Program-made: the position numbers and the translations under genes
Part shown: piece by piece, positions 47,912 to 58,983 of the stretch
How the letters are laid out: each line of letters begins with the position of its first letter
Numbering within the stretch: the first letter of the stretch is position 1
Assembly: GCA_964547465.1 (NCBI GenBank)
Contig: CAZJNI010000002.1
Coordinates: 6,043-70,042 of the forward strand
Source: an uncultured Gammaproteobacteria bacterium
GTDB lineage: Bacteria; Patescibacteriota; Microgenomatia; Daviesbacterales; UBA10151
DNA length: 64,000 nucleotides
Direction: 5' to 3'
Notes under the pieces: model-generated
The model's input: the letters and a program-made list of their open reading frames with translations, nothing else
Databases searched by the model: none
What the model was told of the DNA's origin: nothing

Positions 47912-49252
47912 ATGGATATTACGGGACTAACATTAACAAAGACTCTAGAAGCTCTTAAAAAAAAAGAGTTTTCTTTGAGAGAGTTAAATAAAGCTTACTT
48001 AGAAAGAATTAAAAGATATAATCGACTGCTTAATGCTTATCTTTTTATAAATGATGAAAATAATAAAATTCCGGCTGCTTTTAAAGATGTAATTTCAACA
48101 AAGGGAATTCCTACTACTGCTTCTTCTAAAATTTTAGAAGGGTATATTCCGCCATATAATGCAACAGTTATTAATTTATTATCCAGCCAAAATGTGGGAA
48201 TAATTGGCAAAACAAATAATGACGAGTTTGCCATGGGATCTTCAAATGAAAATTCAGCTTATGGGGTGGTTAAAAATCCATGGAATCTAGACAAGGTTCC
48301 TGGAGGATCATCTGGTGGATCTGCTGCTGCAGTTTCAGCTGATCTTTGTACATTTGCTCTGGGTTCTGATACAGGTGGATCTATAAGACAACCGGCCTCT
48401 ATTTGTGGAATAGTTGGTTTTAAACCTTCCTATGGAACAGTATCCAGGTATGGACTGATTGCCATGGCCTCATCTTTGGACCAGATTGGACCCATGACAA
48501 AATCTGTGGAAGACGCAGCTTTAGTATTGGAATGGATCTCAGGAGCAGATGGAATGGATAGTAATTCTAAAGGTGGTAAGTGGAAGATGGGGGGAATGGG
48601 GGAAATTAGGGGGATGAGGGTAGGAGTGCCTAAGGAATATTTTGGGGAAGGATTGAACTCAAAAGTAAAAGCAGTTATTCAGGATGCAATTAAAAAATTA
48701 GAAGAGATGGGAGCAGAAATAGTTGAAATAAACCTGCCACACAGTAAATATGCTGTTGCTGTTTATTATATTTTGATGGCTTCTGAAGTTTCCTCAAATT
48801 TAGCCCGATTTGATGGGATAAGATATGGAAAAGATAGAAATCAGTTTGGAGCTGAAGTAAAAAGAAGAATAATGCTTGGAACTTATTCCCTATCTTCAGG
48901 TTACTGGGATGACTACTACGCCCAGGCAGCTAAGGTTCGGACTTTAATAAAGGGGGATTTTGAAAAAGCCTTTGAGAAAGTGGATGCAATGGTTGGTCCA
49001 GTCTCCCCCACCACAGCATGGAATTTGGGAGAAAAAATTGATGATCCTTTAGCTATGTATTTATCTGATGTTTATACTATTCCAGCTAATTTAGCAGGAA
49101 TTCCAGCAATATCGGTGCCTTGTGGTTTTTCTGAAGGGTTACCAGTTGGGCTACATATTCAGGGAAAATTTGGTGACGATAATACTGTTTTACAAACAGC
49201 TTACGCATATGAGCAAGCAACAAATTGGAAAAAGGAAAAACCCAAATTATGA
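47912..49252 (+). CDS. gatA: Glu-tRNA(Gln)/Asp-tRNA(Asn) amidotransferase subunit A
   Basis: Amidase signature GGSSGGSAAAV. 446 aa. Confidence 0.9.
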   Translation: MDITGLTLTKTLEALKKKEFSLRELNKAYLERIKRYNRLLNAYLFINDENNKIPAAFKDVISTKGIPTTASSKILEGYIPPYNATVINLLSSQNVGIIGKTNNDEFAMGSSNENSAYGVVKNPWNLDKVPGGSSGGSAAAVSADLCTFALGSDTGGSIRQPASICGIVGFKPSYGTVSRYGLIAMASSLDQIGPMTKSVEDAALVLEWISGADGMDSNSKGGKWKMGGMGEIRGMRVGVPKEYFGEGLNSKVKAVIQDAIKKLEEMGAEIVEINLPHSKYAVAVYYILMASEVSSNLARFDGIRYGKDRNQFGAEVKRRIMLGTYSLSSGYWDDYYAQAAKVRTLIKGDFEKAFEKVDAMVGPVSPTTAWNLGEKIDDPLAMYLSDVYTIPANLAGIPAISVPCGFSEGLPVGLHIQGKFGDDNTVLQTAYAYEQATNWKKEKPKL

Positions 49253-49569
49253 TTATTGAAGCTAGGGCAGATGGGTTGAGTCAACCGATAGATGATACTG
49301 AACAGTTGGGGCATTTAGTGGTAAGAAGGTTAGATCGGTTTACCAGAGGATACATAGAACTCTCCGGTATAGTTCCTATAATAAGTGGGTATAATTATAG
49401 TAGAGAAGATGGTGAATTAACCTTTTTTAAATACTCTATAGATACAACTAACCCAGCCGAAGTAGCCTTGGCTGTAAACCAGGTAAATATCATAAGAAGG
49501 TTGCTTACAAATGGTAGGGCTAATAAAGAATTGGAGGATACTCTGAAATGGGTACTAAATATCCAATGA
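49249..49569 (+). CDS. Small hypothetical protein (~106 aa) translationally coupled between gatA and gatB (ATGA overlap with the gatA stop; its 3' end overlaps the gatB start)
   Basis: ORF 49225..49569. ATG at 49249 overlaps the gatA TGA. No recognisable motif. Confidence 0.4.
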   Translation: MIIEARADGLSQPIDDTEQLGHLVVRRLDRFTRGYIELSGIVPIISGYNYSREDGELTFFKYSIDTTNPAEVALAVNQVNIIRRLLTNGRANKELEDTLKWVLNIQ

Positions 49570-50909
49570 AATACGAACCTGTAATTGGACTAGAAGTTCA
49601 TGTGGAACTAAATACAAAATCCAAAATGTTTTGCAGATGCAGCGCTGACTATTTTGGCAAGGAACCAAATACGCACACATGCCCGGTATGCTTGGGGCTT
49701 CCTGGGGCCTTGCCTTATATTAACGAGCAGGCTATAGATGATTGTATAAAAATAGGTTTGGCCTTAAACTGCAAGATTTCTGAAAAATCCCTTTTTGAGA
49801 GAAAAAATTATTTTTATCCGGATTTACCCAAAGGTTATCAGATTTCCCAATACAGATGGCCTTTGTGTATCAATGGCTCAATTGAAGTAGAAGAATTAGA
49901 AGGAAGTAGAAGGATTAGAATAAATAGGGCTCATCAGGAAGAGGATACAGGAAAACTAACTCATCGCGGCAGCGAAACTCTAATAGATTTTAACAGATCC
50001 GGAGTGCCTTTAGTGGAAATCGTAACCGAACCTGATTTTAATAATGTAGAACAAATCAGGGATTATGCAAAAAAACTTCAGCAACTCTTTAGATATTTAG
50101 GAGTATCTAATGCCGACATGGAGCGTGGTGATATGCGACTTGAGGCGAACGTATCCGTTCGTCAGATTTCACCTAGGAGGAGTCCAAAGGCCACCTCCGA
50201 GGTGTTGCCTAATTATAGAGTGGAACTTAAAAATATTAATTCTTTTAGGTTCATGGTGGCTGCTGTTGAATATGAAATTAAGCGCCAAATTGCCGCATTA
50301 GAAAAAGGAGAAAAACTTTCTCAAGAAACCAGAGGATGGAATGAGGACAAAAAGTGTACATATCTTCAAAGAAGCAAAGAAGAGGCCCATGATTACCGCT
50401 ATTTTCCCGAACCTGATTTATCTGAATTAATTTTGAGTACAAAAAAAATCCAATCAATCAAAGAATCTCTCCCGGAATTACCATGGAATAAAGCTAAAAG
50501 GTATATATCTGAACTGGGGATTAAAAATTCGGATGCGAAAATACTTTCTGATAACAAAAATTTAGCAGAATTTTTTGAAAGTGCAGTTGAGCATGGAAAA
50601 GAACATAAAATTTCTGCTCAAGATATAGCAAACTACATAATTAACAAAAAAATCGATATAAAAAAAGCCTTACCTTTGCAGGTAGTGGAAGATGTTAAAA
50701 ATAGGGGGATAGGGGTAATTGGGGAGATTGGGGAGATAGAAAAGTTAGCCAAACAAGCCATTAAAGAAAACCAAAAAGCAGCAGAAGATTTTAGAAGCGG
50801 CAAGGAAGCTGCCTTGCAGGTATTAGTAGGAGCAGTAATGAGATTATCAAAAGGTAAAGCTGAAGCCGCTAAAGTTAAAGAAATACTACTTGAAAAACTT
50901 AAAAGTTAG
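49548..50909 (+). CDS. gatB: Asp/Glu-tRNA amidotransferase subunit B
   Basis: PVIGLEVHVELNTKSKMFC..C..C zinc-binding N-terminus. GatB/YqeY C-terminal domain. Confidence 0.9.
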   Translation: MGTKYPMKYEPVIGLEVHVELNTKSKMFCRCSADYFGKEPNTHTCPVCLGLPGALPYINEQAIDDCIKIGLALNCKISEKSLFERKNYFYPDLPKGYQISQYRWPLCINGSIEVEELEGSRRIRINRAHQEEDTGKLTHRGSETLIDFNRSGVPLVEIVTEPDFNNVEQIRDYAKKLQQLFRYLGVSNADMERGDMRLEANVSVRQISPRRSPKATSEVLPNYRVELKNINSFRFMVAAVEYEIKRQIAALEKGEKLSQETRGWNEDKKCTYLQRSKEEAHDYRYFPEPDLSELILSTKKIQSIKESLPELPWNKAKRYISELGIKNSDAKILSDNKNLAEFFESAVEHGKEHKISAQDIANYIINKKIDIKKALPLQVVEDVKNRGIGVIGEIGEIEKLAKQAIKENQKAAEDFRSGKEAALQVLVGAVMRLSKGKAEAAKVKEILLEKLKS

Positions 50910-50977
50910 CTGTTTAATTAGTTAGTCGTATATATGCTGGTGATCTTTCGAATAGCCCGGCGTAATAGGACAAAAAT

Positions 50978-53900
50978 ATGGCTAATTTTGTTCACCTTCA
51001 CGGTCACAGCGAATATTCTCTTTTAGACGGTCTTTCAAAAATTCCGGGTTTGGTAAAAACTGTTAAAGATTTAGGCATGGATGCAATAGCAATAACAGAT
51101 CATGGGGTGATGTATGGAGCAATAGAATTTTATAAAGCATGCAAAGAAGCAGAAATAAAACCAATCATAGGTGTTGAGATGTACGTGGCTAAAAGATCTC
51201 ATACAGACAAAGAGGGAAAACTGGATTCAGAGCCGTATCATTTAACAGTTTTAGCAAAGAATTACCAGGGCTATTTAAACTTAATGAAGCTAACTTCCAT
51301 TGCTCATATTGAGGGTTATTATTACAGACCAAGGGTAGATAAAAAACTCTTAAAGCAGTTTAGTGAAGGGTTAATTGCCCTGTCAGGATGTCCAACTGGT
51401 GAATTTATCCGCTCACTGGGTAATCAGGACTTAATAAAAGCGGAAGAAGTGATAAAAAGCTATTTAGAGATTTTCGGTGAAGAGAATTTTTATCTGGAGC
51501 TGCAAAACCATCCATATCAGCAATCAATAGATTTGGCTGTAGATGAAACCATTAGGCGTGATATGCAAAGACTGCTGCAGATTCAAAATAAAACTAAAGA
51601 GGCAGTTAAAGAACTATCTTCCAAGCTGGGAGTAAAAATAGTTGCCACAAATGATTATCACTATATAAAAAAGGAAGATGCGGAGGCTCAAGATGTACTT
51701 TTGTGCATACAAACAGGAAAGCTGTTATCTGAAACAGACAGACTGCGTATGATAGACACGCCAGATTATTTTGTGAAATCCCCGGAAGAAATGGAAGAAA
51801 ACTTTAGGGATTTACCAGAAGCACTGGAGAATACAGTGAAGATTGCGGAGTCAATTGATTTGGAAATACCCCTGGGTATCGCCAGATTTCCAGTATTTAA
51901 AACAGAGGGAAAAACATCGATGGAGTATTTAAGAGAGCTTACCTATAAAAAAGGTGCCGAGAGAGTAAAGATAACCGGAAAGATTAAGGAAAGGATTGAA
52001 TACGAATTAGGCGTAATTGAAAAGAAAAAATATGCAGATTATTTTTTGGTTGTAGCAGATTTTATGGAATGGGCGCATGAGAGGGGAATTATAACTAACA
52101 CCAGAGGTTCAGCTGCCGGGTCTTTAGTTTTGTATTGTTTGGATGTGACTAATTTAAATCCTTTGGATTATCTGCTGCCGTTTGAGAGATTTTTAACAAT
52201 TTATAGACCCACCTTGCCTGATATTGATGCTGATATTGCAGATGATAGACGGGACGAGGTTATTGATTATGTGATGAAAAAGTATGGAGAAGATAGAGTT
52301 GCGCACATTGTCACTTTTGGAACAATGATGGGGCGGGCAGCTGTGAGGGATGTGGGTAGGGTTTTAGGTATGGCATATGGGGAAGTAGATAGAATTGCAA
52401 AATTAATTCCCCCACCTCATCAGGGATTTCATAAACCATTGTCAGAAGCAATGAAAGATGTGCCCGAACTGGCCCAAATGTATAAAGATAATCCTCAAGT
52501 AAAAAATTTACTCAATTTGGCAGTCAAGGTTGAAGGTACTGTCAGGCATGCATCTGTTCATGCTGCCGGTATTGTTATCGCGCCTGATGATATAACCAGA
52601 TTCACTCCGCTCCAAAAAGAGGCAGATGGAGAAAGACTGGTATCCCAATATGACATGTTTGCAGTTGAAGATGCAGGCTTGGTAAAAATGGATCTTTTAG
52701 GGATCAGAAATTTATCAATTTTAGGAAAAGCTGTGGAGTTTGTCAGGGAAAATCAATACATTGCTGTCAATTTAAACAAAATTCCTCTGGAAGATAAAAA
52801 AGCCTTCAGCCTTTTAGCAAAAGGAGATACCATGGGTATTTTTCAGCTGTCTTCCTCCGGTATGACCAGATATTTAGTGGATTTAAAGCCATCCAGAATA
52901 GCAGATTTAGCGGCTATGGTGGCACTATATCGTCCAGGCCCATTATCTGTTATCCCTGACTATATCCAAAGAAAGCATAATCCAAAATTAATTAAATACC
53001 TGGATCCGAGAATGAAAGAATATATGGAGCAATCTTTGGGGCTTTTGGTTTATCAGGAAGATGTTTTATATACGGCAATTAATTTAGCAGGCTATTCCTG
53101 GGAAGAGGCTGATAAATTTAGAAAAGCTATGGGGAAGAAAAATCCCAGCGAGATGGCAAAACAAAAAGGGCATTTTGTGGAGGGTTGTATTGCAAATGGG
53201 ATAAGGAGAGAAAAAGCTGAAAAATTATTTGCATTAATTGCCCCATTTGCGGCTTATGGATTTAATAAAGCCCATGCTGCCAGCTACGCAATGGTGGCTT
53301 ATCAAACAGCCTTTATGAAAGCCAATTTTCCGGTGGAATTTATGGCGGCTGTAATGACAGCTGAATCTGATGATACAGATAAGATCGCCGCGGCGATCGA
53401 GGAGTGTAAACGTTTAGGAATTGTAGTTTTACCACCGGATATAAATAAATCAGAAGTTGGCTTTTCTTTAGAAAAGCTTACAGATTTAAGGAAAGAAGAT
53501 TTAGAAAGGAGTTTGAGTGTATCTGCTGCCTCCAAGGTAAAACAAGGTATCAGGTTTGGTTTATCTGCAGTTAAAAATGTGGGTCTTTTAGCGATTGAGT
53601 CTATTATCAAAGCCAGGACTAATGGCGAATTTAAAAGTCTGGTTGATTTAGTGTCAAGGGTTGATACAAGGTTGGTTAATAGAAAAACTTTGGAGAGTTT
53701 AATTAAGGCCGGGGCACTGGATCAACTGGGACTTAGGTCTGCTCAACTTTTGATTTTGGATCAAGTACTTGAAGAAGGTCATAAAACAGCTAAAAGTAAG
53801 TTATCCGGACAGTTTTCGTTATTTGATTCAGAGGAAGATTTGGGAGGATTGGCCATAAAATTGCCTAATGTTGAGGAGCTACCACTGGAGCAATTACTTA

Positions 53901-54523
53901 TTTTTGAAAAAGATCTGCTTGGTTTTTATTTGCATGAGCCGCCATACCTGGCAGCTTTACAAAAAATCAGTCAGTTTGTAAATTTTAAGATTTCAGATTT
54001 GCTGGATGAACATATAGGTCAAAGACTTGTTTTAGGAGGAGTGATAAGTCAGATTAAGAGAGTGTTTACTAAAAAAAGTAATGCCGAAATGGCCTTTGTC
54101 AGAATTTCTGATGGAGTATCCAGTATTGAAAGTGTAATATTTCCCGCAAACTTTGAATCAAGTAAGCATTTTCTTTTGAAGGATCAGGTAGTAATAGCAA
54201 CCGGAAGAATTGACAAAAGAGAAGAGGAGTTATCTTTTGTTGTAGATAAGATTAGCCTTTTTGAACCAGAGGGTACGAATGAACTTTTTCAAGCCCGGAA
54301 TTCTATTGAGATTTATATCCCCTTTGGAACAGATATAAGCATTTTACAAAATATCAACAGAACTTTAAGGACTTTCCCGGGAAAAGTACCGGTGGTTTTG
54401 CTTTTACCCAGTGGCAGTAGTGAACTGCGAAGAATGAATCTGCCTTTTTCCATTGACCCCAGTCCGGTTTTGGAGGGAGAAGTAAAGAAAATTTTAGGTG
54501 AAGGGGCTTTCAAAAAGGTATAG
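50978..54523 (+). CDS. dnaE: DNA polymerase III alpha subunit
   Basis: PHP N-terminus [15 protein letters not shown]. 1181 aa. Polymerase core motifs and an OB-fold C-terminus. Confidence 0.9.
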   Translation: MANFVHLHGHSEYSLLDGLSKIPGLVKTVKDLGMDAIAITDHGVMYGAIEFYKACKEAEIKPIIGVEMYVAKRSHTDKEGKLDSEPYHLTVLAKNYQGYLNLMKLTSIAHIEGYYYRPRVDKKLLKQFSEGLIALSGCPTGEFIRSLGNQDLIKAEEVIKSYLEIFGEENFYLELQNHPYQQSIDLAVDETIRRDMQRLLQIQNKTKEAVKELSSKLGVKIVATNDYHYIKKEDAEAQDVLLCIQTGKLLSETDRLRMIDTPDYFVKSPEEMEENFRDLPEALENTVKIAESIDLEIPLGIARFPVFKTEGKTSMEYLRELTYKKGAERVKITGKIKERIEYELGVIEKKKYADYFLVVADFMEWAHERGIITNTRGSAAGSLVLYCLDVTNLNPLDYLLPFERFLTIYRPTLPDIDADIADDRRDEVIDYVMKKYGEDRVAHIVTFGTMMGRAAVRDVGRVLGMAYGEVDRIAKLIPPPHQGFHKPLSEAMKDVPELAQMYKDNPQVKNLLNLAVKVEGTVRHASVHAAGIVIAPDDITRFTPLQKEADGERLVSQYDMFAVEDAGLVKMDLLGIRNLSILGKAVEFVRENQYIAVNLNKIPLEDKKAFSLLAKGDTMGIFQLSSSGMTRYLVDLKPSRIADLAAMVALYRPGPLSVIPDYIQRKHNPKLIKYLDPRMKEYMEQSLGLLVYQEDVLYTAINLAGYSWEEADKFRKAMGKKNPSEMAKQKGHFVEGCIANGIRREKAEKLFALIAPFAAYGFNKAHAASYAMVAYQTAFMKANFPVEFMAAVMTAESDDTDKIAAAIEECKRLGIVVLPPDINKSEVGFSLEKLTDLRKEDLERSLSVSAASKVKQGIRFGLSAVKNVGLLAIESIIKARTNGEFKSLVDLVSRVDTRLVNRKTLESLIKAGALDQLGLRSAQLLILDQVLEEGHKTAKSKLSGQFSLFDSEEDLGGLAIKLPNVEELPLEQLLIFEKDLLGFYLHEPPYLAALQKISQFVNFKISDLLDEHIGQRLVLGGVISQIKRVFTKKSNAEMAFVRISDGVSSIESVIFPANFESSKHFLLKDQVVIATGRIDKREEELSFVVDKISLFEPEGTNELFQARNSIEIYIPFGTDISILQNINRTLRTFPGKVPVVLLLPSGSSELRRMNLPFSIDPSPVLEGEVKKILGEGAFKKV

Positions 54524-54543
54524 TTTATGTTAACATTACAGCC

Positions 54544-54858
54544 ATGATTTCGGTTAAAGTAGGGGAAACAAATTTACACACAGGGGACACCTTAAGGGTA
54601 CATGCCCAAATTGTTGAAGGCGGGAAAGTAAGGGTGCAGGTTTTTGAGGGAATTTTAATAAGGCTTAAGGGACGGGACGTAAATAAAACATTCACTGTTA
54701 GAAAAATCGGAGCAGCCGGGATAGGGGTAGAGAGAACCTGGCCATTGGATGCAAAAAATATAGTTAAAATTGAGGTAAAGAAGAAAAATTCCGGGGTTAG
54801 AAGATCTAAGCTTTATTATTTAAGAGATTTAACAGGTAAATCAGCTGTTAGAGTTTAA
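54544..54858 (+). CDS. rplS: 50S ribosomal protein L19
   Basis: [30 protein letters not shown]... Confidence 0.85.
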   Translation: MISVKVGETNLHTGDTLRVHAQIVEGGKVRVQVFEGILIRLKGRDVNKTFTVRKIGAAGIGVERTWPLDAKNIVKIEVKKKNSGVRRSKLYYLRDLTGKSAVRV

Positions 54859-54876
54859 TGCAATCTATCTGCACCT

Positions 54877-55452
54877 ATGGATATTTTTCTGTTCAATTTT
54901 GTATGGATGGGAGAAAATGTTGGACTTGCATTACTCGGATTATTATTCTGTATCCTTTTTTTGCGGACAAAAAATAGTTTCTTTAAAATAATATTTTTTA
55001 TTTCCTGGGTACTTTTCGTTCCAAATACAATTTATCTTGTTACAGATATACACTATCTGCCAGAGCAACTGATAAAAGCAGATATTTTATTTAAGATTAT
55101 TTTAATCATTCAATATTTAGTATTAATTGGACTTGGGGTTGCAATTTATATTGCCTCGGTTTATCCGGTAGAGATTTTTTTTCAAAAAAATAAACGGGAT
55201 AAGGCATATACAGGACTTTTGATATTTCTTTTTAATTTTCTTATAGCATTTGCTGTGGCGATTGGAAAAATACAAAGAACCGAATCCTGGGATATAATTA
55301 TAAATCCTACCAGGGCTTTTTTTGATTTTTATAAATCTGCCTCCTCCTCGCCATTAATGCTCTTTGTAATTGTTTTTGGGTTGGTTTTAAATATTTTATA
55401 TTTTTATATTATCAGGACATTCAAAAAAGATTTGGATAAAATTTTTAAATAG
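54877..55452 (+). CDS. Hypothetical integral membrane protein (about 5 TM helices)
   Basis: ORF track. Hydrophobic profile only. Confidence 0.4.
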   Translation: MDIFLFNFVWMGENVGLALLGLLFCILFLRTKNSFFKIIFFISWVLFVPNTIYLVTDIHYLPEQLIKADILFKIILIIQYLVLIGLGVAIYIASVYPVEIFFQKNKRDKAYTGLLIFLFNFLIAFAVAIGKIQRTESWDIIINPTRAFFDFYKSASSSPLMLFVIVFGLVLNILYFYIIRTFKKDLDKIFK

Positions 55453-55456
55453 TTTT

Positions 55457-55822
55457 TTGAACATGAATTCAAAACAGTTTGGAGATTATGGGGAGGATTT
55501 GGCAGTTTGGTATTTAAAGAAGCAAGGGTATGAGATTCTGGAAAGAAATTACCGGATTAGTGGTGGGGAGATAGATATTGTGGCAATGGATGGGGAGACT
55601 TTGGTGTTTGTGGAAGTAAAGAGTAGATGGTCACATGAATTTGGCCCGCCTGCCGAATCTATGACTCCCTGGAAAATTAAATATTTAGTAAAAACCGCTC
55701 AATTTTATGTTTTAAAAATAAACTGGGAAGACAAAGAATATAGATTAGATTTTATTTCTATTGATTTTGCAGATGATCCCGAAAATCCCAAGATTGAGCT
55801 AATCAAAAATATTACTTCTTAG
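55457..55822 (+). CDS. yraN: YraN-family (UPF0102) endonuclease-like protein
   Basis: GDYGEDLAVWYLKKQGYEILERNYR..GEIDIVAMDGETLVFVEVKSR is the classic UPF0102 pattern. Confidence 0.75.
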   Translation: MNMNSKQFGDYGEDLAVWYLKKQGYEILERNYRISGGEIDIVAMDGETLVFVEVKSRWSHEFGPPAESMTPWKIKYLVKTAQFYVLKINWEDKEYRLDFISIDFADDPENPKIELIKNITS

Positions 55823-56687
55823 AGTTTCCTTCAACCGCGAATGGAATCTCTTTCCAGTCATGTACTTTCCTGATTTTTTTATCATACTTCCACATTGTTT
55901 CCAGTAAGCTATTGTCTACGCCCATTTTTTTAAACTCTCCCATTATTGCCACCAGGTCTTTGGGAAAACATTTACCTCCAAAGCCTCGCTGCGTGGTAAC
56001 TTCCAGATGATAATCTCCGATTCTGTGATCAAATGCCGCCATTTCTTTTACTTCCTCATATTTAATACCCAGCTTTTGACAGTAATCATAAAAATAATTG
56101 GCAAAAGTAACTTTCATTGACAAAAAAGCATTGGCAAAATATTTAACGCATTCTGCAGTGGTAGGGTCTGTAAAAAATATTTTTTGTTTGGGAAATCTTT
56201 GCCTGAAAATTATTCCAACACTTCTTAAAACCCAATCAGAATCTGCTCCCAAAACAGTTCTTTCCGCATTTAAAAAATCCTCCAGATAATTTGCTTCAGT
56301 TAAAAATTCCGGGTTAAAACAGAATTTAGATTTGGGATATTTCTTTTGAAATTTAGCGGTTGTCCCGGGAATTACTGTAGATTTGATGATGATTATTTTA
56401 TCTGTGTTATCTGTTAATTTGGTTATTTGGGGAATCATATCCTCAAAAATTGATAAATCTATGCCTGATTCATCAGCTTTCATAGGGGTGGGAAGACAGA
56501 CAAAAATAAAATCTGAATTCTTTATTACATTCTCCAGTGGTTCTCCGTCCTTAAATTTGTCATACCATTTTATGGTATCCAGGCCGTTTGAGACAGTTTT
56601 AAAGCCGTTGGCCACAGCCTGGCCCACAAAGCCATACCCGATGATGCCGATTTTGATGGGAATTAATAATGCATCAGTAGTATCCAT
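55812..56687 (-). CDS. Nucleotide-sugar dehydrogenase (UDP-glucose/GDP-mannose dehydrogenase family), short form
   Basis: N-terminal GIIGYGFVGQAV Rossmann motif. Active-site-like GFGGKCFPKDL resembles the UDPG-DH catalytic Cys motif GFGGSCFPKD. Confidence 0.6.
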   Translation of the reverse strand: MDTTDALLIPIKIGIIGYGFVGQAVANGFKTVSNGLDTIKWYDKFKDGEPLENVIKNSDFIFVCLPTPMKADESGIDLSIFEDMIPQITKLTDNTDKIIIIKSTVIPGTTAKFQKKYPKSKFCFNPEFLTEANYLEDFLNAERTVLGADSDWVLRSVGIIFRQRFPKQKIFFTDPTTAECVKYFANAFLSMKVTFANYFYDYCQKLGIKYEEVKEMAAFDHRIGDYHLEVTTQRGFGGKCFPKDLVAIMGEFKKMGVDNSLLETMWKYDKKIRKVHDWKEIPFAVEGNSKK

Positions 56688-56714
56688 GGCAAATAGTATA
56701 AAGTATCATGTATC

Positions 56715-57155
56715 ATGTATCAAGATACGTTTATGAAGCTAAACGTATCAAGTGTCATGAAAGTAATCCAAAAAGTAGCTTTGGCTTTTTTTAAAAATGG
56801 GAAAATGCTGCAGGTAAGAACCAAAAAGCAGAATGAGATATTTTATACCCTGGGAGGGAAAATAGAAAAAGGGGAATCTGATTTAGAGTGTTTAAAAAGA
56901 GAGGTAAAAGAGGAAATAGGTTGTGGAATTGATGATGGATCATTAAAGTTCTTAAAAGAATTTGAGGACGTGGCACATGGGGGCGGAATTTTAAATCTTA
57001 AGTTATATGAAGGGAAAATAATCGGGGAGCCAAAAGCTTCTTCAGAAATTGTAGAAATTGGATATTTTGATACTCAATCAGATCCTAAAAAATTATCTGT
57101 TATTGCACAAAGAACAATCTTTCCCTGGCTTAAGATGCATGGATACATAAATTAA
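56715..57155 (+). CDS. NUDIX hydrolase; alternative start at 56757 (MKVIQK...) would place the hairpin in the 5' leader
   Basis: Nudix box GGKIEKGESDLECLKREVKEEIG. Confidence 0.75.
   Translation: MYQDTFMKLNVSSVMKVIQKVALAFFKNGKMLQVRTKKQNEIFYTLGGKIEKGESDLECLKREVKEEIGCGIDDGSLKFLKEFEDVAHGGGILNLKLYEGKIIGEPKASSEIVEIGYFDTQSDPKKLSVIAQRTIFPWLKMHGYIN
56724..56749. promoter_or_regulatory. Hairpin GATACGTTTA-tgaagc-TAAACGTATC plus GTATCAT direct repeats in the divergent dehydrogenase/Nudix control region
   Basis: Perfect 10-bp inverted repeat seen directly. Sister of the 27567 element, with a compensatory C/T change. Confidence 0.5.
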
Positions 57156-57173
57156 GGTATAATTTCAAGGTTT

Positions 57174-57247
57174 GGCGCCATCGTCTAGTGGCCTAGGACG
57201 CTGGGTTTTCATCCCAGAAATCACGGGTTCGACTCCCGTTGGCGCTA
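57174..57247 (+). tRNA. tRNA-Glu (anticodon TTC)
   Basis: Manual fold: acceptor GGCGCCA/TGGCGCT, D-arm GTCT-AGTGGCCTA-GGAC, anticodon stem CTGGG/CCCAG with loop TTTTCAT, T-arm ACGGG-TTCGACT-CCCGT. Confidence 0.85.
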
Positions 57248-57258
57248 CACTTAAAGTT

Positions 57259-57330
57259 GGTCCGGTAGCTCAGCGGTAGAGCAGGAGCCTTTTAAGCTCT
57301 TGGTCCTCGGTTCGAATCCGAGCCGGATCA
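57259..57330 (+). tRNA. tRNA-Lys (anticodon TTT)
   Basis: Manual fold: acceptor GGTCCGG/CCGGATC, D-arm GCTC-AGCGGTA-GAGC, anticodon stem GGAGC/GCTCT with loop CTTTTAA, T-arm CTCGG-TTCGAAT-CCGAG. Confidence 0.85.
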
Positions 57331-57331
57331 C

Positions 57332-58291
57332 ATGAATCAGCTAAATTGGGTTGATTTGGTGATTTTAGGAACCCTGGTTCTCTTTGCACTGGAGGCAATA
57401 GGCAGACCTTTTATTGTTGAAGTGCTGGATTTGGCAAGCTTTCTGGTAGCTTTTGTTTTTTCTTTTAACTTTTATAATCTTCCTGCCAAATTTTTTGAAA
57501 CTCAATTTAGAATTCCTCACGGGCTGTCTTTAGTTTTGGGATTCATGAGTATGTGGTTTATTTCAGAATTTATTTTTTATTTCATAGTGAGGATATTTAT
57601 TCCCAGGATTCCAAAAATTAAGATACCCTGGGGAGGAACATTATCTGTTATTCCTGCCCTTTTGAGATCTTTAATTTTTATCGCTTTATTTTTGGTTATG
57701 GTTGCCACTTTTCCAATACAGCCTACTATTAAAAAAGCTGTTTTGGATTCTAAATTAGGGAGTGAAATCCTAAAGTATGCTTACGGGTTGGAAAAGCCTG
57801 TAAAGAATGTTTTTGGTGGAGTGGCAAACGATTCCTTAACTTTTCTAACAATTAAGCCAAAAACAGATGAAAGAGTAGATTTAGGATTTCAAACAGCTAA
57901 ATTTTCAGTGGACGAGACATCAGAAAATACCATGATTACTTTGGTTAATAAAGAAAGAGAAAGCAGGGGAATAAAGGCTTTAGTATTTGATGTAAGGCTA
58001 AGAGAGGTGGCAAGGGGCCATAGCGAAGATATGTTCAAAAGAGGTTATTTTTCCCATTATTCCCCGGAAGGTAACTCTGTTGCAGATAGGGCTACTGCTG
58101 CCGGAGTAGATTTTCTGGTAATTGGAGAAAATTTAGCATATGCTCCGGATGTAAATCTTGCACACAGCGGGTTAATGAATTCACAGGGGCATAGAGAAAA
58201 TATTTTATCAAAAGATTATGGCAAAATTGGAATCGGGATAATTGATGGTGGTATTTATGGCAGGATGTTTACCCAGGTATTTAGCAATTAG
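57332..58291 (+). CDS. CvpA-family membrane protein fused to a C-terminal CAP (SCP/PR-1-like) domain
   Basis: N-terminal CvpA-like TM region (MNQLNWVDLVILGTLVLFALEA). C-terminal GHSEDMFKRGYFSHYSPEG...GHRENIL has CAP-domain motifs. Confidence 0.55.
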   Translation: MNQLNWVDLVILGTLVLFALEAIGRPFIVEVLDLASFLVAFVFSFNFYNLPAKFFETQFRIPHGLSLVLGFMSMWFISEFIFYFIVRIFIPRIPKIKIPWGGTLSVIPALLRSLIFIALFLVMVATFPIQPTIKKAVLDSKLGSEILKYAYGLEKPVKNVFGGVANDSLTFLTIKPKTDERVDLGFQTAKFSVDETSENTMITLVNKERESRGIKALVFDVRLREVARGHSEDMFKRGYFSHYSPEGNSVADRATAAGVDFLVIGENLAYAPDVNLAHSGLMNSQGHRENILSKDYGKIGIGIIDGGIYGRMFTQVFSN

Positions 58292-58365
58292 TAGTAAGTA
58301 TTAAGTAGTATGTATTATGGTGAGTCGCATAATACTTAATAAATGATACATAATACAAATTCTGA

Positions 58366-58953
58366 ATGATTAATAATACTAAATTACTAGTAATAGCAAG
58401 TTTATTGATCATAATTTCAGGTTTTAGTTTTCTTTGGTTTGGCCTGAAACCTTCGACTACTTCTCTTTCTACTTCACTCTTCAGCCCATCTCCTGTTGTG
58501 GAATCTGTTGAAGTTGCCACAAGCTCTGTGGTAGCCGGGCTGGATGGAGAAAGAGCCCGGGTTACAAAAGTTGTGGACGGGGACACATTTCAAATTAACG
58601 GGGAATTAACTGTCAGGTTTATTGGCATAGATACTCCGGAAACTGTTGACCCAAGGCGGCCGGTTGGTTGTTTTGGCAAAGAGGCCAGCAGTGAAACAAA
58701 AAGTCTGCTTTTCGGCAAAACTGTGATTTTACAAAAAGACATTTCAGATAAGGATAAATATGGAAGATTACTGCGGTATGTTTTTTTACCACTTGATGAC
58801 GGGAGGATCCTTTTTGTGGATGATTATTTAGTGAGAGAAGGATTTGCAAAAGTTTTAACTTATCCTCCGGATGTAAAATATAATGAGCAGTTAAGGGAAG
58901 CGGAAAAAGAAGCTAAGGAAAATGAGCGGGGGCTTTGGAAAGCATGCCAGTAA
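58366..58953 (+). CDS. Secreted/membrane-anchored thermonuclease (SNase-like) family nuclease
   Basis: VVDGDTFQINGELTVRFIGIDTPE...YGRLLRYVF...GLW is the staphylococcal-nuclease fold signature. N-terminal signal anchor. Confidence 0.8.
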   Translation: MINNTKLLVIASLLIIISGFSFLWFGLKPSTTSLSTSLFSPSPVVESVEVATSSVVAGLDGERARVTKVVDGDTFQINGELTVRFIGIDTPETVDPRRPVGCFGKEASSETKSLLFGKTVILQKDISDKDKYGRLLRYVFLPLDDGRILFVDDYLVREGFAKVLTYPPDVKYNEQLREAEKEAKENERGLWKACQ

Positions 58954-58983
58954 ATTTAAGGATATGATAAACTAAATTTAGTA

